Notes under the pieces: model-generated
Database searches by the model: none
Seen by the model: the letters and a program-made list of their open reading frames with translations, nothing else
Told to the model about the DNA's origin: nothing
Part shown: positions 64,000 through 64,000 of the stretch, one piece after another
Layout of the letters: each line of letters starts with the position of its first letter
How positions within the stretch are numbered: position 1 is the first letter of the stretch
Translations under genes and position numbers: made by a program
Assembly: GCA_963676725.1 (NCBI GenBank)
Contig: OY781463.1
Span: 4,332,640-4,396,639, forward strand
DNA: 64,000 bases
Direction: 5' to 3'
DNA from: Bacteroidales bacterium
GTDB taxonomy: Bacteria > Bacteroidota > Bacteroidia > Bacteroidales > WRLA01

Positions 64000-64000
64000 C

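Overview
This 64-kb segment looks like a Bacteroidota chromosome. The evidence is a G+C content of roughly 40% by eye, TAnnTTTG -7 boxes in front of many genes, an F-type ATPase operon atpBEFHAG without atpDC, a long-form IspG, and Bacteroidetes-type MreC and MreD. I can support about 50 protein genes. I saw no rRNA, tRNA, CRISPR array, transposase or integrase.

Most of the window is housekeeping. It includes acyl-CoA carboxylase, ppa, ispG, the atp operon, pyk, metG, mreC, ferritin, flavodoxin, an S9 peptidase, and a Wza/Wzc polysaccharide-export pair with an MBOAT O-acylation pair.

Five regions stand out:
1. A tightly coupled four-gene NRPS operon (6720..18055). It encodes an A-T-C-A-T-C-A-T-TE megasynthetase, an Sfp-type PPTase, a membrane-anchored alpha/beta hydrolase and a formyltransferase-fold protein. 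I read module 3 as glycine. Module 2 has an acidic specificity pocket, and module 1 has a code I cannot assign.
2. A visibly G+C-richer BNR/sortilin-like gene (34.3-37.3 kb). It sits between the intact 3' end of the S9 peptidase gene and a decayed second copy of that 3' end plus terminator.
3. A secreted protein built of four tandem repeats of about 136 aa, next to an ECF sigma/anti-sigma pair that has an AAC-N16-CGTC promoter.
4. A lipoprotein gene array (61.4-64 kb) containing a 264-bp direct repeat with 6 mismatches and a truncated paralog.
5. A Wzc-type kinase ending in a (YG)13-YY tail, and an mreD-like gene about 30 kb from mreC.

All functional calls come from reading motifs by eye. No database search was run.
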